This document shows, one piece after another, positions 32,025 to 43,087 of a stretch of 64,000 nt of DNA (positions are counted from its first letter, which is position 1; each line of letters starts with the position of its first letter). The notes beneath the pieces are model-generated. The model was given only the letters and a program-made list of their open reading frames with translations. It searched no databases and was not told where the DNA came from. Source of the DNA: a virus (lineage: Duplodnaviria > Caudoviricetes); the IMG/VR virus record IMGVR_UViG_3300038393_000457, positions 19,809 through 83,808 of that record. One strand, written 5' to 3'. The position numbers and the translations under genes were made by a program.

Positions 32025-33285
32025 ACATTTGCTGAATTGCCTTGCATGTGGATCAAACAAGCTCAAGAATATCCTTGATTTGGGGGAGCAACCTCTAGCC
32101 AATTCATATGTCAAGAACATCAATGATCCAGAATCAAAATATCCTCTGGCATTGAATGTTTGTGAAGAATGTTTCCACTGTCAGTTGTCTCATGCCGTCA
32201 ATCCAGATTTGATGTTCAAACATTATCTCTATGTTTCTGGAACATCTCAGACGCTCAAAGATTACTTCAAGTGGTTTGCCCAGTTTGCTTACAATGTATG
32301 CTATCAACGCAATACGTTATACAAACCAAAGACTTTCCTCGATATTGCGTGTAATGATGGAACACAATTGGATGTTGTCAGAGAAATCTATCCTACACAA
32401 TTAATGACTTTTGGTATTGACCCAGCAAGGAATCTCTTTGAAAAGACTTCAAAGAACCATGTTGTGATTTGTGACTATTTGAACGAAAATAGTGTAAAGG
32501 CTCTTCTTGGTGAAGCAAAGAGTTATGGTGAAGGACCATTTGATATTATCAATGCTCAGAACGTCTTTGCTCATAATGACAATCCAATGAAATTTCTGGA
32601 ATGTTGTCGTGAAATGATGCATGGTGATAGCTTCTTGTTCATTCAAAATTCACAGACATACATGATCGAAAATGGTGAATTCGACACCATGTACCATGAA
32701 CACATTAGTTTTTGGAATATGTCTTCAATGTCAATGGTAGCAGCCATGGCAGGTTTGAGAGTTGTTGATCGAATTCGAGTCCCTGTCCATGGAGTTTCCG
32801 ATCTCTTCATTCTCCAGAAGAAGAATATCTTTGAACCATTCGGTTATTTTAGAGCCGATAACGCTCTTGCAATGGAGAATCTTGATGGAATGCATAATCT
32901 TAGTAAATATGTTGCATTTGGTTATAAAGCGGATGAAGTAATAACAGAATTTGCTGCTGCATTAGAAATGATGCGGCAGAAGCATCCTAATTTCCTATTT
33001 GTTGGATTTGGTGCCGCTGCTAAAGGAAATACATTTCTTAATGCTGGAAATTTCAAGTTGGATTATGTAATCGATGAAAATCCATTGAAACAAGGACTCT
33101 ATACTCCTGGTACTCACATTCCGATTGTTGGTCCAGAATTACTACAGACAAACAACAATCTTGTCGTTATCCCTCTTGCCTGGAATTTCAAGGAAGAAAT
33201 TTTCAAGAAAATCAAGGCGGCAAGACCAAATCGCATTGATCATTACATCACCTATTTCCCTAAAGTTAATACTGGAATTATTTGA
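31999..33285 (+). CDS. NDP-hexose C-methyltransferase (Zn-binding N-domain, SAM domain, C-terminal domain)
   Basis: CLACGS...LDLGEQPLAN, C--CFHCQL, LDIACNDG, NVFAH, FDTMYHEH, GFGAAAKGNT, VIPLAWNFK-EI. Confidence 0.88.
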   Translation: MSHDTSDTKHLLNCLACGSNKLKNILDLGEQPLANSYVKNINDPESKYPLALNVCEECFHCQLSHAVNPDLMFKHYLYVSGTSQTLKDYFKWFAQFAYNVCYQRNTLYKPKTFLDIACNDGTQLDVVREIYPTQLMTFGIDPARNLFEKTSKNHVVICDYLNENSVKALLGEAKSYGEGPFDIINAQNVFAHNDNPMKFLECCREMMHGDSFLFIQNSQTYMIENGEFDTMYHEHISFWNMSSMSMVAAMAGLRVVDRIRVPVHGVSDLFILQKKNIFEPFGYFRADNALAMENLDGMHNLSKYVAFGYKADEVITEFAAALEMMRQKHPNFLFVGFGAAAKGNTFLNAGNFKLDYVIDENPLKQGLYTPGTHIPIVGPELLQTNNNLVVIPLAWNFKEEIFKKIKAARPNRIDHYITYFPKVNTGII

Positions 33286-34043
33286 TGGAAAAGACACTTT
33301 TATGTCATTTTTTTAATGAGGAATTTCTTTTGTATGATTGGTTAGAACATCATACCAAGATATTCGATAAGATCATTATGATTGACTACCAATCGACAGA
33401 TCAATCTACTGATCTTATCGAATATTGGTATAAACACAGCCCAAAAGCGGATATCAAATATGTTGAATCTAGCAATAAAGATTTTGGTGCCATGAATGTT
33501 GACTTAGAAGTAGAACGTTACGAACATACGTTAGATGGTTGGCGTATGTGTCTCAATGTAACAGAGTTTCTCCATGGGGATTTCTCCGTGTTGACTGAAC
33601 AACCCAGCCAGCATGTGGTTCCAAGCTTTATGGTAGTCGATGATCAGTTTCGGGATTATCCAGAAACTTTGAATCTCGACAATGCAAATAATGGGATACC
33701 ACATTGGGTTTGGAACGAACGTGCTGGTAGGTCGTTCCACAATTTCAACAATACCTACCCAAAACCAGGTAGACACTACTTTGTTGATCCATCACAATAT
33801 TCAAAGGATTTTGTCATTTTCCATTATGGTTGGTATCCAATGTGTGATGCCACACTAAACCGTAAACTTCAAATCCAAACAAGGATACCAGAAACAGATA
33901 AAAATAATCGTTTGGGATGGCATCATATCACAGATCGTGAATCATTACTAAATAAATGGAAGAATGATTATCTCACTAAAATAAAGAACCATTCTGAATA
34001 TTTAGATTATTGGAGAAAAAGGACCAAAAAATGTGCGTCGTAA
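33285..34043 (+). CDS. Glycosyltransferase family 2-like protein
   Basis: FFNEE-LL-DWLEHH...IMIDYQSTDQS; W--CLNVTEFL; TGATG coupling to methyltransferase. Confidence 0.75.
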   Translation: MEKTLLCHFFNEEFLLYDWLEHHTKIFDKIIMIDYQSTDQSTDLIEYWYKHSPKADIKYVESSNKDFGAMNVDLEVERYEHTLDGWRMCLNVTEFLHGDFSVLTEQPSQHVVPSFMVVDDQFRDYPETLNLDNANNGIPHWVWNERAGRSFHNFNNTYPKPGRHYFVDPSQYSKDFVIFHYGWYPMCDATLNRKLQIQTRIPETDKNNRLGWHHITDRESLLNKWKNDYLTKIKNHSEYLDYWRKRTKKCAS

Positions 34044-34441
34044 GTATGATTTCCGATCATTATGATAAAAAATGGGATGAAGAATATAAGAAAATTATTC
34101 AACAACCACATCCTGGTACATTATATCCACCAACTACTATTATGCCAATTGATACGAGTGGAATGGCACCAATTTTTACTCAAATCTCTCGCACAGAATT
34201 TGAAAACCTCAAGAAACAAGTTGAGGAGATGCGGGAATTATTGACAAAGGCACTTGCCTATGACAGAATGACTAATCAAGCCGAATGCTCAAACGAGGAG
34301 AAACTTGATCGGTTGGAAAAGGTTGCTAAATTTGTAGGGATCGATTGTGATGATCTATTCAAGGAACTCCGAAAGGTCCATGCAAAGAAGCCAAGGAAAC
34401 GTAGACGTAAGACAACAAGGAAGACACTTCCGAATCTATAA
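34031..34441 (+). CDS. Hypothetical protein
   Basis: CVVSMISDHY...coiled segment, basic tail. Confidence 0.6.
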   Translation: MCVVSMISDHYDKKWDEEYKKIIQQPHPGTLYPPTTIMPIDTSGMAPIFTQISRTEFENLKKQVEEMRELLTKALAYDRMTNQAECSNEEKLDRLEKVAKFVGIDCDDLFKELRKVHAKKPRKRRRKTTRKTLPNL

Positions 34442-34445
34442 ATTT

Positions 34446-34532
34446 GTCCCTGTGCTCGGAATTGGTAGACGGCACAAACTTAAAATTTGATGGGCTTCGG
34501 CCGTGGGGGTTCAAGTCCCTCCAGGGACACCA
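34446..34532 (+). tRNA. tRNA-Leu(UAA)
   Basis: GTCCCTG/CAGGGAC-ACCA; loop CTTAAAA; V arm GGC-TTCG-GCC. Confidence 0.9.
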
Positions 34533-34538
34533 AAAATT

Positions 34539-34615
34539 GCGCCTGTCGGCAACTGGAAAGTCGGCTGGTCTTCTAAACCGGCATAGTATCCGTTCGAATC
34601 GGATCAGGCGCACCA
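34539..34615 (+). tRNA. tRNA-Arg(UCU)
   Basis: GCGCCTG/CAGGCGC-ACCA; CTGGT-CTTCTAA-ACCGG. Confidence 0.9.
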
Positions 34616-34672
34616 TTATTAACTTTAAGGTTACATGTGGCAAATAGCAATTCTTTATTTTGAGTTAAATAA

Positions 34673-35191
34673 ATGATAACACCAATAAATTCAAATGAAA
34701 AATGTTATATTAATCTAACCATTGCTGATTTTGGTCATGGTGTATCACTCAATTTAGATAGTGATGGAAGACTTCGTATCTACAAAAATTGTGGAACTAT
34801 TGTGATCGATTGTAATCAGGGTCAATATGGTAAAGCTTTTGCGGAAATGATCCGAAAAGCCTTGTTGGTAACCCATGAACCAGAAATTGATGATGAAGTT
34901 ATTGTACGTACTCGTGTAGGTACAATTCATAAGGTGATCAATTCTGGAATAAAGAAGTTTTATCTTGTGAGATTTGGTGATAATATGTGCCGTGAGATTA
35001 TCAATTGGCACGACAAATGGAACGTGTTTATCAATCCAGCAGAATCTATAATGGTAAATCGTGAGCAGATTACGCTTGTCAAGTCACCTAAAGTTGATAC
35101 GGCGGCAACATTAGAGACAATGCAATTGATAGCCGATCCTAAATTATACCTAACAAAGAATCCACAATGGGCTAGTCTCCATGCCTTCTAA
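34673..35191 (+). CDS. Hypothetical protein
   Basis: 172-aa ORF. Confidence 0.6.
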   Translation: MITPINSNEKCYINLTIADFGHGVSLNLDSDGRLRIYKNCGTIVIDCNQGQYGKAFAEMIRKALLVTHEPEIDDEVIVRTRVGTIHKVINSGIKKFYLVRFGDNMCREIINWHDKWNVFINPAESIMVNREQITLVKSPKVDTAATLETMQLIADPKLYLTKNPQWASLHAF

Positions 35192-35573
35192 AAACGATCC
35201 TGTAATCTTTACCCCTGTCTTTCCATCTTCTCTATTTGATTGGTTTCCAGATATTAAAAAAGGACTTACATCTGTTCCAAAGATCGTTGAATTTTATCAA
35301 AAACGAGGCTCCAGGAGAACGCCAATTGATTTGAATGGTCAAATCAAAATCGAATCTATTGAAACCAAAAAAATTATTGTAGGATTTGCAGAAGGTGGCG
35401 CAAAAGATTATACCTCTTATCATATCAAGGAAGATGACCTTATGGATGACCTTATGAAAGGTTGGTTTATTTTTGTAATGCATAATGAGGAGCGATATCA
35501 ACAAGAAATCGACCTCCTTAACGAACGCTTGACATGTGGTCAGAGTTGCCGTAAAGTCGCGAAAGATCAATAA
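35181..35573 (+). CDS. Hypothetical protein
   Basis: 130-aa coupled ORF. Confidence 0.6.
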   Translation: MPSKNDPVIFTPVFPSSLFDWFPDIKKGLTSVPKIVEFYQKRGSRRTPIDLNGQIKIESIETKKIIVGFAEGGAKDYTSYHIKEDDLMDDLMKGWFIFVMHNEERYQQEIDLLNERLTCGQSCRKVAKDQ

Positions 35574-35586
35574 GAAAGCGGGAAAC

Positions 35587-36687
35587 ATGGCCAGACAGAA
35601 AAAAATGGGCAAGCTTGCTATTGCCATGACAGAAAGGCAGTTTGTTGGTCCCGAGCCAATGTGGTCTGGAATGGCCACCCAAAACCAACTTGTTCACTAT
35701 TACAATTGGTGCAGCTACCGCTTCGAAGCAAAGGAAACCAAGGAATTTGTCATCTCCTATCTTGAGAAGAATGGAGAGGATACAGGAAGACTCCGGGAGC
35801 TTCCTGCGGAACTGTTCATGACGCTCGGCGCTACAGCACGGCTACATGACTCTGGCAGGCAAGTACCTCTTGATGTGATGGAACGCTTCAGAGACAAGAT
35901 TACGACGCTCCGCGAGCGGTCCCCAAGTGTCGAGACTAGCACAAAACGTGCGACCTCTGTTGCCAATGACAATAACTTTCGGGAAGCCTGCATCTTTGCT
36001 GATCGCGTCTTTGATCAGTTGGTGATCCATTATGATTACACGGAAGAGATGCGTAAAGATGTGGATAATGGAATCGTGACCAAGAAGGTTGCAGATTCCT
36101 TGATTCCTCAGTATCGCAAGGAACTTGCCGAGATTGAGCTTGCATTGTCTGGCAAGGACCCAGAAATTGCGGAAGGTTTCATGCATTACGACCGAAAGGA
36201 CCTCAAGCGTCTTTGTGTCGGAATGGATGACTTCATTTCACATCTTAGTGTTCTGGCTCTCAAGGAAGAACCGAAGATCAAGAAAGCGCGCAAGCAGCGG
36301 ATCAGTCGGCCGAAGTCTCCCGACAAGCAAATCAAGAAATTAAAATTCGCCAGAAATGACGATAAATATAAATTGAACAGTATCGATCCTCGCTCTATCG
36401 TCGGAGCAGCAGAGTTGTGGTTGTTCAATGGAGAATATCGAAAGCTAACGGTTCTCCGAGCCGCTGATAATATGCAAGGTCTTTCTGTCAAAGGCTCCAC
36501 AATTTGTGGATTTGATGACAAGAATTCCTTTTCAAAGCGTGTTCGTAAGCCGGAAGTCATCCTGCCTGAGATAATGAATGGCGGTAAAGTCTCTGCCCGC
36601 AAGGCTTTCGAGGGGTTGAAGACGCAATTGATTGAAGCGAAAGGCCGTGTCAACGCCGATACAATCTTGATGCGAGTCTTCCGATAG
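35587..36687 (+). CDS. Conserved hypothetical protein of T4-like phages
   Basis: C-terminal SIDP--IVGA-ELWLFN--YRKL...SVKGSTI-GFD...RKP...GRVNADTIL pattern. Confidence 0.75.
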   Translation: MARQKKMGKLAIAMTERQFVGPEPMWSGMATQNQLVHYYNWCSYRFEAKETKEFVISYLEKNGEDTGRLRELPAELFMTLGATARLHDSGRQVPLDVMERFRDKITTLRERSPSVETSTKRATSVANDNNFREACIFADRVFDQLVIHYDYTEEMRKDVDNGIVTKKVADSLIPQYRKELAEIELALSGKDPEIAEGFMHYDRKDLKRLCVGMDDFISHLSVLALKEEPKIKKARKQRISRPKSPDKQIKKLKFARNDDKYKLNSIDPRSIVGAAELWLFNGEYRKLTVLRAADNMQGLSVKGSTICGFDDKNSFSKRVRKPEVILPEIMNGGKVSARKAFEGLKTQLIEAKGRVNADTILMRVFR

Positions 36688-36694
36688 GAGAATA

Positions 36695-37087
36695 ATGGAA
36701 GAGACTACTGAACAACAAGAACAAGAAACCAAAGTAGTACAATTCAATAGAATTGGTAAGAAAAAACCTCAAGAAAAGAAGTTGATAAACTGGTCGGCTT
36801 CTAATGAAGAGGAAGCAATCTATAACAGAGCCGTCAATGTTATTGACGCACATACGGACAATATGATTGACGTTCTCGCCTCCTATATGAAGGAGAACGA
36901 GATCATTGACCCAGAAAAATTGAGTGTCGGTGAATTCAAGGATATGGTGCTTGTCAAAGAGGCACTAAAATCCTTGATGTTTCGCGTCTTGGGTTTCGAG
37001 CATGAATTGCAAACCATCGTGGAAAATTTTATGGAAATTCCTCTACCAACCGAAGAGGAATTAAATGGTGAAGAAAATAATGAGTGA
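36695..37087 (+). CDS. Conserved hypothetical protein of T4-like phages
   Basis: KDMVLVKEALKSLMFR--G-EHELQ pattern; GGAG RBS. Confidence 0.7.
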   Translation: MEETTEQQEQETKVVQFNRIGKKKPQEKKLINWSASNEEEAIYNRAVNVIDAHTDNMIDVLASYMKENEIIDPEKLSVGEFKDMVLVKEALKSLMFRVLGFEHELQTIVENFMEIPLPTEEELNGEENNE

Positions 37088-37364
37088 TTCATATCATGAT
37101 GGCTATATCTCCAATTATATAATGACTGGGGGTACATTTGAAGAATACAAGAAATTTCTGGTTAATGTTTCCAAATTAACCAAAGATTTGGAAACAGCCA
37201 AACCATATATCACCAAAGCTATTGAAATTGCTGAAAGTCTGGAATCTCATAGAGGTTTCGAGGAATACAAATATGAAGGCCCAAATATGACCGATTTGTT
37301 GCAACTGATCAAGTATCAGTTGTACGATCTAGCTAAGTATACCGATGTGAAATTAGAGGATTAA
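37080..37364 (+). CDS. Hypothetical protein
   Basis: Overlapping start, 94 aa. Confidence 0.55.
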   Translation: MSDSYHDGYISNYIMTGGTFEEYKKFLVNVSKLTKDLETAKPYITKAIEIAESLESHRGFEEYKYEGPNMTDLLQLIKYQLYDLAKYTDVKLED

Positions 37365-37373
37365 TCAAAACCA

Positions 37374-37856
37374 ATGAAACAGTTTAGTGAAGTATTTGAC
37401 GAAATTAAAGCTGCCAGACGTAAGCATGATAAGATTGCCGTTATGGTAAAGTATGGAACCAACGATTATAACTACCCTTCAGCAAGGACGTTTCAGGCTA
37501 TGTTGCTTGGCAACTTCCATCCTGGAGTTAGATTCGATACACCGATCCCTGACTATAAGCCCATGGATGTACCGGTGACGTTCGGCTACACGAGCCTTTA
37601 CGATGCTATGCAGCGTATCTATATCTTTCAGACTAATGACTCGGTCATTCGTGATCTATGGCGACCACAGAACCCAAGATCATCCGTTCTCCCTGTTACC
37701 AGAAAGACGGAAATTTTGATCCAGATATTGGAAGGTCTCCAGAAAGATGATGCGGTTGTGTTGTCAAATCTCTTGACCAAGAATTTCCAGAAAGCTTATG
37801 GTATTACGGAAGCGATGGTCAGAGAAGCATTTCCGGGTCTACTTGGACCGAACTAA
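37374..37856 (+). CDS. Conserved hypothetical protein of T4-like phages
   Basis: FSEVF---...K-EILIQILEGL--DDA--L...Y-GIT---V-EAFP-LL pattern. Confidence 0.7.
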   Translation: MKQFSEVFDEIKAARRKHDKIAVMVKYGTNDYNYPSARTFQAMLLGNFHPGVRFDTPIPDYKPMDVPVTFGYTSLYDAMQRIYIFQTNDSVIRDLWRPQNPRSSVLPVTRKTEILIQILEGLQKDDAVVLSNLLTKNFQKAYGITEAMVREAFPGLLGPN

Positions 37857-37944
37857 AGATTATTCGGCTCAGAGACGTTTTAATAATGGAAGGTGCCGAA
37901 TAAGCATTTTGTCATGATATATCTTACCAACACTAGGAGTATCC

Positions 37945-38355
37945 ATGACAAAGAAAAAGCTCAAAGCTCTAAAGCGTGCATACGAAGAATGTGAGGATGA
38001 TACCGACGTATTCTTTCCAAGAAAATCTGATATAAAGCATTGGTTTGATTTCATAAATGAAATGATGTTCAATGGTCTCGTGGAACGTCCATCGTATATA
38101 GAGATCAAAAGGATGCGAGATTTGGGGCAGGCAGAAGGGGATTTAGATACCGGGGTCACCTACATGAGACTCAGGGATCGCTTCCGTGCCGTATCTCAAC
38201 GTAACCTCATCGCTTCCGCGTCACAGATGTTCATCTCTACAGTCGCACACGAGATGGTCCATTTATGGCAATTTCAAACTGATTATACCATGAATCATGG
38301 TCGAGGTTTTCAAGAATGGAAAACCAAATTTAAAAAAATTGGAATCATCATATAA
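37945..38355 (+). CDS. SprT-like zinc metalloprotein
   Basis: TVAHEMVHLWQ (HExxH) and NHG-GF. Confidence 0.8.
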   Translation: MTKKKLKALKRAYEECEDDTDVFFPRKSDIKHWFDFINEMMFNGLVERPSYIEIKRMRDLGQAEGDLDTGVTYMRLRDRFRAVSQRNLIASASQMFISTVAHEMVHLWQFQTDYTMNHGRGFQEWKTKFKKIGIII

Positions 38356-38396
38356 AGAGAACCCCGGGAGTCTAAGAAGTCCCGGGGTTCTTTTCT
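38355..38396. terminator. Bidirectional intrinsic terminator at the +/- convergence
   Basis: AAAGAGAACCCCGGGA-GTCTAAGAAG-TCCCGGGGTTCTTTT. Confidence 0.85.
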
Positions 38397-38798
38397 TTAG
38401 TGTAAAATCATAGCGTCACTGACTTCAGGAAAAAGACCTTCCTCGAATTCATCAATCTGTTCTTCCTCGGGATTCCATTCTACCCAACCTGGCATTCCAC
38501 TACCGTCATCTTTCGACCAAATCTGGAGACCACCATGATTTGTGTAGTCCCCTTTAATCTTGTTTTCAAACTGGAACAAATCATACTTGGCAAGCATGTC
38601 CAACATAGACACTGCATGTTCTAGAGAATCCACAGGATATGTGAACATCTTTCCACCAACCTGAGGGAACCAATATATTTGGAGGGAACCAACAAGCGGG
38701 ACCTCCTCACTTTCTGTCTCAGACACGTTTTGCATACGACCCACATCCCTGTCCTTGATGATAATTTGATTTCTGTTTGTGTGATCAAACAGTGACAT
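38397..38798 (-). CDS. P22 gp17-like (superinfection/abortive-infection countering) protein
   Basis: LQIYWFPQV....F-YPV-S-E-A---LD-LA-YD-FQFEN-IK-DY-N--GLQIW pattern. Confidence 0.7.
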   Translation of the reverse strand: MSLFDHTNRNQIIIKDRDVGRMQNVSETESEEVPLVGSLQIYWFPQVGGKMFTYPVDSLEHAVSMLDMLAKYDLFQFENKIKGDYTNHGGLQIWSKDDGSGMPGWVEWNPEEEQIDEFEEGLFPEVSDAMILH

Positions 38799-38887
38799 AA
38801 TAGTAACACGATTCATCACAGACGCAACAAAAAACCGGCGAGGAAAAACCAATCTCCTCGCCGGTTCTTTTGTGCGGAGCGGACTGA

Positions 38888-39235
38888 CTACGCTTCCGTA
38901 CGAGCATCCTTCAACGGCACGATCTTGGCCGTTTTGGAACTCCCCCTCACCGCGAACCGCGACTTGGGGATCGACCGACTGCCAAGCGTTCCGCTGCCCC
39001 TCTGCAGCGAAAAACCCAGGAGCTTGCGCCCCTCGCGCACAGGCACGATATTGTGGGTCATCTTCACTGCTGCAAGCGAACGACGGACCCACTTTTTACC
39101 CGTCGCTTCCTGCATCTCCTTGAGGGAGACGACCTTCTTGCGCTTCATCGCGCCGAGGATCGCTTCCACGTTGTCTGCGGTGGTCTTCGGAAAGGCCCGA
39201 CCGCTATACGCAATAACGTTCTTTTCCTTCGTCAT
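38888..39235 (-). CDS. Basic hypothetical protein, paralogue A
   Basis: MQEATGKKWV and VPVREGRKLLGF shared with 48554-48967. Confidence 0.7.
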   Translation of the reverse strand: MTKEKNVIAYSGRAFPKTTADNVEAILGAMKRKKVVSLKEMQEATGKKWVRRSLAAVKMTHNIVPVREGRKLLGFSLQRGSGTLGSRSIPKSRFAVRGSSKTAKIVPLKDARTEA

Positions 39236-39390
39236 GTTGAACTCTCCTTAATGATGATTAACTTGTGTTAAGTTGTCAATAGCAATTACGTCCACTGACA
39301 ACGAATATAACACCTACCCTCATCGGAAGATGCAGAACAAATATTGCGTTGTTGGGTGTGAATGTGAACTTTTATTATAACGTGGAAATG

Positions 39391-40470
39391 CTACCCTTCT
39401 CCTCTGTATACTTTGATGGTGTTTCCAGCTTCGGTATGTACAGTTTCTTGAATGATCAATTTAGTAATTGGACCAATCGGGGTAATCCGACTTCTACCCC
39501 ATCTATAATGATTGAGGTCTGAATATTGGATAACGCCATTGTTAACCAGTGCAGCTTGATCTATTTCATAAAGATCAAGGCTTCCGTAATTCTGATAGTG
39601 ATAGTATTTACCATTATATTCACAAATACCATTGTATTGTCGATCAACGGGACGATTATCCGTAACCAGGTCAATTTCACGCTTGACGATATTGCTTAGA
39701 TAGAAAGCGTAACAGTTTCCCTTTGCAATATCTTGGACAATTTGATTTTCAAGATATTTCTGAGTTTGTTCAGCAGTATCGAGGATTTCCGAGGCTTTAA
39801 CCTCTGTACGAGTGTAGACATATTCGACACCATCTTTATTGGTACAAATGAATGTATGGCTTGGCTTTTTGGTCCGTCGATATTCCGAATAACCATTCAT
39901 ACGACCACAATAAATGCCAGTGATTCCGTTTTCCAGGATCACTTTGTTGCCAATCTTTACATTCTTCATTGGAATGTAAGCCTTCTTGGCACCATCAATT
40001 GCCTTGGTGGCCTTCACCGCATTCTTGTATTCATCTGAATTGACAGACAACAGGATGTTGTTCCCGCCACGTCTTGCCCAGATACACTCTCCCGAAATAT
40101 CTCCCTTGTCAATCGCGCAATCCATCATCAATTCGGCAAGATTTTCATTCTTGATTTCCAGTTCGAAACCACGAGGATCAAGCACCCGCCATGAGTCGGG
40201 ACCACTATATCGGTAGGCACGTCTTACATCCAACGTGAGCTTGAAGCCCTTCATTGGATGGTTGTTCAGGATTTCAGGAGCCTTGTTCTTCGCATTTTTT
40301 GGATTGTTCTGCCAAGAATAACCATTGACCCAACGATCAACAGTCTCCTTGCGCTTGTCAAACGCCTTCGTCTTATCATATGGCGTCATGAAACCAAGTT
40401 GTGGTTCACCATCACCACGATGCTTGTAGCCAATATAACAGCTTTCAGGAATCTTGGTAATCTGGGTCAT
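39391..40470 (-). CDS. Conserved large-phage hypothetical protein
   Basis: LGFMTPY...GFK...WRV-DPRGFELEI--ENL..G-I-GECIWAR pattern. Confidence 0.7.
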   Translation of the reverse strand: MTQITKIPESCYIGYKHRGDGEPQLGFMTPYDKTKAFDKRKETVDRWVNGYSWQNNPKNAKNKAPEILNNHPMKGFKLTLDVRRAYRYSGPDSWRVLDPRGFELEIKNENLAELMMDCAIDKGDISGECIWARRGGNNILLSVNSDEYKNAVKATKAIDGAKKAYIPMKNVKIGNKVILENGITGIYCGRMNGYSEYRRTKKPSHTFICTNKDGVEYVYTRTEVKASEILDTAEQTQKYLENQIVQDIAKGNCYAFYLSNIVKREIDLVTDNRPVDRQYNGICEYNGKYYHYQNYGSLDLYEIDQAALVNNGVIQYSDLNHYRWGRSRITPIGPITKLIIQETVHTEAGNTIKVYRGEG

Positions 40471-43087
40471 CGAAAATCTACTTTTTCAACACATAGAATA
40501 GACCGGCATCCTTGTACATCTTGTAGATGCCAACATTCAGTCGATTTTTTGTTTTAGTGGGAATAATAAAAGGCGTATAATGTTTATCATAACCAGTCCA
40601 AAAATCTCCCTTATGAGCCCACCTTCTATTATTGGCAGGCAAGGAATCATGTTCTGCCATTACAAGATCGGCATTTTGTTTCAAGATGTCACCTTCAGTG
40701 AAGATTTTAGACTTCAACATTTAAGCCATGCTCCCAACCTTCGGTGCCCCAATAATCCTCGGCTGCAAGTGGATCCAAAACTTCTTCCACAAGCATCTTG
40801 AGGAATTCCTTGCAGTTCTCAGGATTGTTCTCAAAGAACATCTTGAGACCATCGCAGATTTCATTGATGGTGTCAACCGCACCCTCGTCAGACATTTTCT
40901 TTATATTCATTTCACTATAAACCTAACCATGATTGCAACAAATAATTCTGTAAATACCACAGTCAACAAAAGATCAAATCCCATCAGGGCCTATATTTCT
41001 TGGTCGTCTTGAGGTAAGCAATTCCCAATGGAGTGATTTCGAGCTTAGTTTGACAAGGGCTACTAATTTTGGATGATTTAGAACTACCGTGGTTTTTAGG
41101 ATATATTTTAGGTGTTCTCGTCACCTTAGCATAACCTTTTTTGACCAATTCAAGATGACGTTTGGTCATTCTTGGTTGATATTTGTTATTGACATAACCT
41201 CGATCTTTATAAATTAAATCAAGGATATCATCCAATTCTTCTCGTCTGGTTTTCTTTGCTTGGACTGGAATACCGTATAAGGGAATAAGTTTTTTCATGG
41301 TTCAAAGAACAACCAATGTGTCACCATTAGGTCCAATTTTCTGGAGCTTTTCTTCAACTTTGATGGACAATTCAACCAACTGTTCACCGACTATAAGACC
41401 CGGATTATGTTTATAGATCTTTGGAATAGCGGTCTTGCCGGTTCCTGCCCGGAACTTACCAGTCGCCTTCTCCCGGACAAGGTAGACCTTGTCCGGCATG
41501 TTGACATAATTTGTCATGATTAATTGGCTTCATCCAAAGCAAGAGCCAAGATAATAGTACCGGTCATCATGATTTCCTCAAGACGAGCCCTGGTGTTCGG
41601 ATATTTCGTCCAATCACTCTGTTTGAGATGCGCGCCGACTGCACCAAGAAGTTGCGCAAGCATGGCAGCATTGATCTCGACAGTGGTGTTCTTCAGAACC
41701 TCATAGGTATTGGCGGCTTCAGGGTCTATCGCCAAGAATTCCTCGGTTGTCAGTTCATCTCTCTTCATTTGGTCTATCCTCATTAATTGGGAACAAAGGA
41801 TCGGAATTTATCACATTTGAGATGGCTTCCTTTAGGAAGGCTCGATCCGTATCGTTGAACCCATCGATTTTTTCTTCTGACATGCCGGCCACAACAATAC
41901 CAGCAGTCAACAGGATCGATAAGTCATCCGCATGAACCTTGACATAGGCATCAGTTGGCAGGCCAGTAGGATTGATTTGATCCAAATATGTTCGCATGGT
42001 TTCACGAGACATTGGAAGAGTCCTCGTAAGCATCGACGGCATCCTGCGCCAACGATTCGATGCGATTCACCGTGTCAATAAGTGACTGGGCGTTGTGACT
42101 GCCGTTCATGATTGCAACGTCGCAACCGCCCAACATGATCGAAACAGTGGCACAATCAACTTCGACCGTCATTGGATCACTTGTTGGCACCAAGCAAAGC
42201 GCCTCGACGTGCTTGATAACGTCGCTCACCAGTTCCGGATGCATACAGCCGAAGGAAATCGCTTCCCGGCAGCCCATCAGAAGCATGGAAATATCGTAAC
42301 GATCAATCTTGACCTTGATCTTTGAAACCCTCGCGGCGGCAGCCGCGATATGTGGCGGAGCCTGATCAAAAAGAGGAGACAACATGAAAACTTCCCATAA
42401 AATGTTTATTGACTACGACCACAATCTCACAGAAATTCAAATTGTCAAATCGACTTCATCTTATCAAAGGAGTCTCGCATTTCCTTGAACGTCTGTTCCA
42501 ATCCCTTGATCATCTTGTCGAATTCCGCTCTTTCCTCGTCTGTCATCTCACGACCAGAAGTCTTGACCGTTCGTTTGCCGTCGGCGTCTACTGTGTAGGT
42601 GACATTGGAAATAGTGGTCGTCCAAAGTGGAGAAGGGTCTGGGATATAGTCTACCCTCCAGTTTCCGACAAGAGCATTCCAGAAAGACTTGAAAAATTGA
42701 ATCATCTTGGTTTCCTTAAAATTTGGTGGAGCTAGTCAGAGTGCGTAACGTCCTGACACACCGGCAAATCCCCGGGCCCGATTAGCCGCTTTCGGGTTAG
42801 CCCCCTAACGTTGTGCCGTTCGATAAGTCAGACAATGAAAGCGCGCCGTTTCTTCTGGAATGATCACCCACTCACGACCACCACCTTGTGGATAAACCTT
42901 GACCGAGATTTCATGGCAAGTCGGGCACTCCAGGACATGGCCATAAGGGATATGCTCTCCCTCAGTCTCGTGGCCTTTGCTGCAAACATAGGTGACTTTC
43001 ATGTTTCCCATTCCGTCACAGGAAAGACATAATCGACCTGCATAGTCAGCCTGACGACCTGATACCTCTGTTTGTCCGTCATCATAC

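Noticed and set aside
3216-38159. Long antisense or alternate-frame ORFs in the track (e.g. 3216-3686, 12693-13418, 35842-36653, 30446-30730)
   Set aside because: They shadow well-supported plus-strand genes, lack RBS or motif support, and are expected by-products of codon bias
38397-39092. 231-aa ORF as listed
   Set aside because: Its N-terminal part overlaps another gene and a terminator; the credible start is 38798
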